From: Nannocystales bacterium
Lineage (GTDB): Bacteria; Myxococcota_A; Polyangia; Nannocystales; Nannocystaceae
Assembly (NCBI GenBank): GCA_050633305.1
Contig: JBOEGF010000063.1
Coordinates: 1 to 64,000 of the forward strand
Length of the DNA: 64,000 bases
Direction: 5' to 3'
The first letter of the stretch is position 1. Each line of letters starts with the position of its first letter. Under the pieces are notes generated by a model. The model worked only from the letters and a program-made list of their open reading frames with translations. It had not been told where the DNA came from and ran no database searches. The position numbers and the translations under genes are program-made. Below are positions 60,196-64,000 of the stretch, in pieces.

Positions 60196-61275
60196 CTACG
60201 GCACGATCATCAGCGTGACCGAGTCGGTTACATCATTGCCGTCGCTGTCGCTCGCGGTCAGCGTGAAGGTGTGCTCGCCGACGACGCTCGGTGTCCACTC
60301 GAACATTCCACCGGACCCGATCGAGCCCTCTTCGCTCGAGGTCCAGGCCATCGATGCTCCCTCCAGGACTCCGTCTTCGGGATCGCTGGCCTCACCGATG
60401 AACGGAATCGCGACCCCGACCGACCGGCTCTCCCCCTCTCCGGGGTGGTTGATCGACGCGACCGGCGACCCATCATCGCCCGACTCACTCGAGCCCTCGT
60501 CGGCCTCGCAAAGTTCCTGACACCCCTGCCCGTCCCGCGGCGCACCGCGTGCGATCCAGTCGTAGATCATCTGCTGCCCCTGATCGGAGAGTTCATAGGG
60601 CTCCTGGGGCATGGTCAACGACGGCACGTTGCTCTGATTCTTGGACGGAATGTCGAGGTTGCACACGTCGCCGACGATCTTTCGATACAGGTAGCTCGAG
60701 TCGGGGTCGCACGGCACGAGATATGCGGCGGGCTCGTCGTAGACCTCGCATTGCCACGCATCGAGCTCCAGCAAGCGCTCGTACAGCGGCATGTCCGGAC
60801 ATCCGGTCGCGTCGCCCTTGGTCGCGCCGCCATAAACCTCCGCGCCCAGGGGTGCGTCCTCGAGGGACAGCCACCCGCGGCAGTCTCGGTCAAACGTCGC
60901 CGCGTAGGCCGAGCGATCGTGGCAGCTGTTGTCCCCCCCACCGCAGCTGACTTGGAGGATCGGCACGATGTCCCGTTCGAAGGTGGGGAGCGCGTCGCAG
61001 GACGGCTCGCCGGTGCCGCCCTCGGATCCGGTTCCCGACTCGGCACCCGAGGTGCTCGGTCCCGAGGTTGGCGTGCCGGTTTGCGATCCTGCGGTGGCGT
61101 TGCTGGTGCCGGTGCCGGACGGGTTCGCGGTGTCGCTCGTAGACGGCGTCGCCTCGGTCGAGGACGCGGCGTCGGTGTCGGCGCCCGCATCGTCATCCGA
61201 GGTTGGGCATCCGCTACTCAGAAGCATCAGGGCGGTCGCGGTCCAGCAGACGTGCCGTCGATTCCAAGGTCGCAT
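60196..61275 (-). CDS. Lipoprotein with atypical CX6CH cytochrome-like domain and Ig/PKD-like C terminus
   Basis: SCGGGDNSCH, PCDPDSSYLYRK, TMP, WIARGA, ASDPEDG. Confidence 0.75.
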   Translation of the reverse strand: MRPWNRRHVCWTATALMLLSSGCPTSDDDAGADTDAASSTEATPSTSDTANPSGTGTSNATAGSQTGTPTSGPSTSGAESGTGSEGGTGEPSCDALPTFERDIVPILQVSCGGGDNSCHDRSAYAATFDRDCRGWLSLEDAPLGAEVYGGATKGDATGCPDMPLYERLLELDAWQCEVYDEPAAYLVPCDPDSSYLYRKIVGDVCNLDIPSKNQSNVPSLTMPQEPYELSDQGQQMIYDWIARGAPRDGQGCQELCEADEGSSESGDDGSPVASINHPGEGESRSVGVAIPFIGEASDPEDGVLEGASMAWTSSEEGSIGSGGMFEWTPSVVGEHTFTLTASDSDGNDVTDSVTLMIVP

Positions 61276-61347
61276 GCCCAGGATTGGCCGTCCGGACTGC
61301 GCTTCATCAACAAATCGTCAGGCCATCGCGAAATAACGCAGGGCGCT

Positions 61348-61749
61348 CTACCGCGGAGCGCCCTGCTCGATCCAGCCCAGGATTCGGGCCTCTTCAAGGT
61401 CCGTCAACACCACCGGAATCGGCTCCCCGTATCCCCCTGCCTCCAGATGCGTGCCCTTGAGCTTGAGCCAAACATAGCTTCGCTTCGGGTCGCCGGCGCG
61501 GATCCTGACCATCGTCGGAAGCTGCGACGCTGGGACGCCGACCAGATTTTCGTACGCATGACCCGGATCGAGGAACAAGCCGCCGAACGCTTGCGTGCCC
61601 ATGTGGCAGTCCGCGCACTTGGCATCCCACAGCGGCTGAAGATCGCGGTCATGCGACAGACGCGGGGCCGCCGGCTCGGCTGCGCAGCCGAGCATCAGGG
61701 CCAGCAGCACCGCGGCCGGAGCCGCTCTAGAAACAGGATTCACAAGCAT
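61348..61749 (-). CDS. Small c-type cytochrome-like lipoprotein
   Basis: MLGC lipobox, CADCH, GDPKRSY, WIEQGA. Confidence 0.8.
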   Translation of the reverse strand: MLVNPVSRAAPAAVLLALMLGCAAEPAAPRLSHDRDLQPLWDAKCADCHMGTQAFGGLFLDPGHAYENLVGVPASQLPTMVRIRAGDPKRSYVWLKLKGTHLEAGGYGEPIPVVLTDLEEARILGWIEQGAPR

Positions 61750-62167
61750 CGAAGCTACACTCGTGCAGGACCGTACTGGCCGGCATGCCCCCACCGCAGT
61801 CCGTCTCGCAGGACTCAAGGGAATGCCCTTCGATGCGGCACTCCAGCACGCAGCGACAGGCGTCGAGGTCCAGACAGGCCAGCACGGGATCGCAGCACTC
61901 GCCCCCCAGGCATGTTTCGCAAGGCGTTGCTCCCAGCTCGGCGGAGCACAGTGGGGCTCCCGAAGAGCTCGAGCCGGAGCTCGAGCCGGAACCGGAACCC
62001 GCTTCGGTAGCCGCGTCCGTGGTGGTCCCCGTGTGTTCGCCGGTGGACGTCGAGGTCGCGTTGCCGGTGGACGAGGCAGGATGCTCCGCACCGATGGTGT
62101 AGCGGTCGTTGCACGCCGAAGCCAACAGACCGACCAGCAACCACGCCCACGATCGCCTCCGGGTCAT
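61727..62167 (-). CDS. Cys-rich lipoprotein
   Basis: ASAC lipobox, Ser/Thr linker, CETCLGGECC... Confidence 0.8.
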   Translation of the reverse strand: MTRRRSWAWLLVGLLASACNDRYTIGAEHPASSTGNATSTSTGEHTGTTTDAATEAGSGSGSSSGSSSSGAPLCSAELGATPCETCLGGECCDPVLACLDLDACRCVLECRIEGHSLESCETDCGGGMPASTVLHECSFDACESCF

Positions 62168-62913
62168 GGCGTGCCCTCGGCCTCTGCTCTACAGATCCCC
62201 AGCGCTCGCGTGCGCAGCGTGGTCTGCGGATGGGCGCGAAGAAAGGCCTCGACCACCCGACGTGCCGCCTTTGGTGCTCCGCGCTTGCAATGCACCTCGG
62301 CGGTTCGAATCTGGCGTTCGGCGGATAGCGCCCCCCGGGGGAACCGACGCTTGTGCTCCGCCAGGGTCGCCAGGGCCTTCGAGAAGGCCTTGGTCTCCAG
62401 CTGGGTCGACGCGCGACGCAGAAGCTTCATCTCCTCGGCGAGCGAGGAGGCCGGCGGCACCGGAGGCGATGTCGGCGGCGTGGCAGCGGCGACCTGCTTG
62501 GGGCGAGGCGGCGACCGCTTGGCGGCAACCGGGGCCGGCGACTCGGCACTTGGCACCTCGAGCCGAACTGGGGCCGCCCCCGGATCGGGGACCTGTGTCG
62601 GCTCTACCGCCTCGGGCTGGGGATCCGCGCTCGGCATCACAATGCGCGAGAGCATCGGGTCGGCCGTGTTCGGCGAGTCACCACCGCTCGTGCCCACGCC
62701 GAGGAGTGCGAGGACGACCGCACCGCCGACGAGGACGGCGAGCGCCACCTTCCCCCAAACGCCTGCCGACGATGCGCCTTCGGAGCCCAGCGGCCCAACA
62801 TCGCCGATCGCGATCCTCCCTTGAATCGCCTCCCACGCCTGGGCCTGCCGCGGCGCGCCCGGAGATTGCGCGCGGGAGAACCCGGCTAGAAGTTCTCGTG
62901 CTTCATCGTCCAC
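62164..62913 (-). CDS. Putative anti-sigma membrane protein with C-terminal TPR-like domain
   Basis: One TM, Pro-rich linker, LAEEMKLL...HKRRFPRGALSAER; overlaps the ECF gene. Confidence 0.75.
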   Translation of the reverse strand: MDDEARELLAGFSRAQSPGAPRQAQAWEAIQGRIAIGDVGPLGSEGASSAGVWGKVALAVLVGGAVVLALLGVGTSGGDSPNTADPMLSRIVMPSADPQPEAVEPTQVPDPGAAPVRLEVPSAESPAPVAAKRSPPRPKQVAAATPPTSPPVPPASSLAEEMKLLRRASTQLETKAFSKALATLAEHKRRFPRGALSAERQIRTAEVHCKRGAPKAARRVVEAFLRAHPQTTLRTRALGICRAEAEGTP

Positions 62914-63514
62914 GGCGCTCTCCTTCCCGCTGCCCCTGAGCCTTGCGACGCTGCAACGCTTGGTCGAAGCGCTCGCGTGCCAATCGAAGCCGCGAGGTCG
63001 CGGTGTTCACGTTGACGCCCAGGGTCGAGGCCACGTCCTTCGCCGAGAGGCCTTCGATGTCGGCCAGAAAGAACACGTCGCGTTGCGGCGGCGACAGGCC
63101 TTCGAGGAACTCCGCCACCCAGGTGTTCGCCTCCCCCCGGGCGATCGCATCGTCGGGATCGACGGCCGAGACCGGTACCTCGTAGCGATCGAGCCGGCGA
63201 CGAGCCCGGACCGCCCCGCGCTGGGTGGTGCTCGCCACCCGACGCGCGATCCCGTACAGCCATCCGCGGATGTGCGTGCGACCGTCGTAGTCCGGCAGGC
63301 GTCGATGCACCACCACGAAGGTGTCTTGGGCAGCATCGTCGGCGGCAGCCTCGTCGAGTCCGAAATGGCGCATGGTTCTCCAGACGAAGGCGTAGTGGGC
63401 CTCGAAGAGCTCGCGAAGCGACGGCGCGCGTGCGGCTTGGGTCGCAGCGGACTCTCCTCCCACACCCGGGATTGTCCACCCGAACCCCGGTTCATCAAGG
63501 AAAACGAAGCTCAA
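62903..63514 (-). CDS. ECF sigma-70 factor
   Basis: ADDAAQDTF, WLYGIARR, GVNVNTATSRLRLAR. Confidence 0.92.
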   Translation of the reverse strand: MSFVFLDEPGFGWTIPGVGGESAATQAARAPSLRELFEAHYAFVWRTMRHFGLDEAAADDAAQDTFVVVHRRLPDYDGRTHIRGWLYGIARRVASTTQRGAVRARRRLDRYEVPVSAVDPDDAIARGEANTWVAEFLEGLSPPQRDVFFLADIEGLSAKDVASTLGVNVNTATSRLRLARERFDQALQRRKAQGQREGERRGR

Positions 63515-64000
63515 TTCCCAACTCGGCTCGAAACGCGACCGGACCCGCGCGATGCACCAGGCCTACATTGTCGACCTCAAACCGGGGCCGAAGCACCGGT
63601 AGCACCGCGCCTGCGCCCCCCCGGAGGGCAAACCGGGAGGCGAACGCCCAGTGCAGGCCCACATCGGCGGTGGGCGCAAACCAGGGGGCGACCGCCGAGC
63701 CCACCTCGTCATATCCACGGGCCCGAGCCCGAAATCGCCCCCCCTGGGCGCCGACGCAGAGCGGAACCCGAAGTGTTGCGCGTCCCAGCTCCCGGCATCC
63801 GCGAACCCCCGCCGCCCACAGTGTCGTCTGCACGGTGCCGGCACCGACCGAGGTGCGCTGGCCGAACAACGCGACCATCGGGACCTCGATCCGCCACGGA
63901 CCGATCAGCAAGCTCCCGGTCAGATGCGGGCCGACGGCCGGACCTGCGGACGCCCCCACATCGAGCGCGGGCCCGAGTCGCAGCGCACCGAAGATCGCTC
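63495..64000 (-). CDS. Probable outer-membrane beta-barrel protein, C-terminal part (5' end outside window)
   Basis: Amphipathic beta strands ending AELGIELRFP. Confidence 0.65.
   Translation of the reverse strand, partial: AIFGALRLGPALDVGASAGPAVGPHLTGSLLIGPWRIEVPMVALFGQRTSVGAGTVQTTLWAAGVRGCRELGRATLRVPLCVGAQGGRFRARARGYDEVGSAVAPWFAPTADVGLHWAFASRFALRGGAGAVLPVLRPRFEVDNVGLVHRAGPVAFRAELGIELRFP

Noticed and set aside
1..64000. CRISPR array, rRNA or tRNA
   Set aside because: No regularly spaced repeat-spacer run and no recognisable structural RNA gene found by eye.

Overview
GC-rich accessory region, probably from a myxobacterium (Myxococcota, Nannocystaceae-like; inferred from MYXO-CTERM tails, Cys-rich lipoproteins and ECF/anti-sigma architecture). 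Positions 1-9.5 kb hold mostly broken mobile elements: the 3' end of an IS110-family element with a 289-bp non-coding right end (candidate bridge/seek RNA), a family of 38-bp repeats, an apparently intact IS3 next to the end of a second IS3, an IS91/ISCR-type transposase split by a 2,008-bp insert flanked by a 57-bp direct repeat (creating an in-frame Y1-HUH/IS91 chimera), and a broken small tyrosine recombinase preceded by a dif-like site that recurs 10.7 kb downstream. Positions 9.5-44.5 kb form a heavy-metal island: three tripartite RND efflux systems, two P1B ATPases, a two-component system, ArsR, and a merA-less merR operon. Positions 44.5-64 kb carry a molybdopterin oxidoreductase/AraC pair, a TonB-dependent receptor, alternating lipoprotein paralogs and metal/redox genes, and an ECF sigma operon with cytochrome-like lipoproteins. 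No rRNA, tRNA, CRISPR array or reverse transcriptase was seen. All family assignments are by eye from motifs; no database searches were run.
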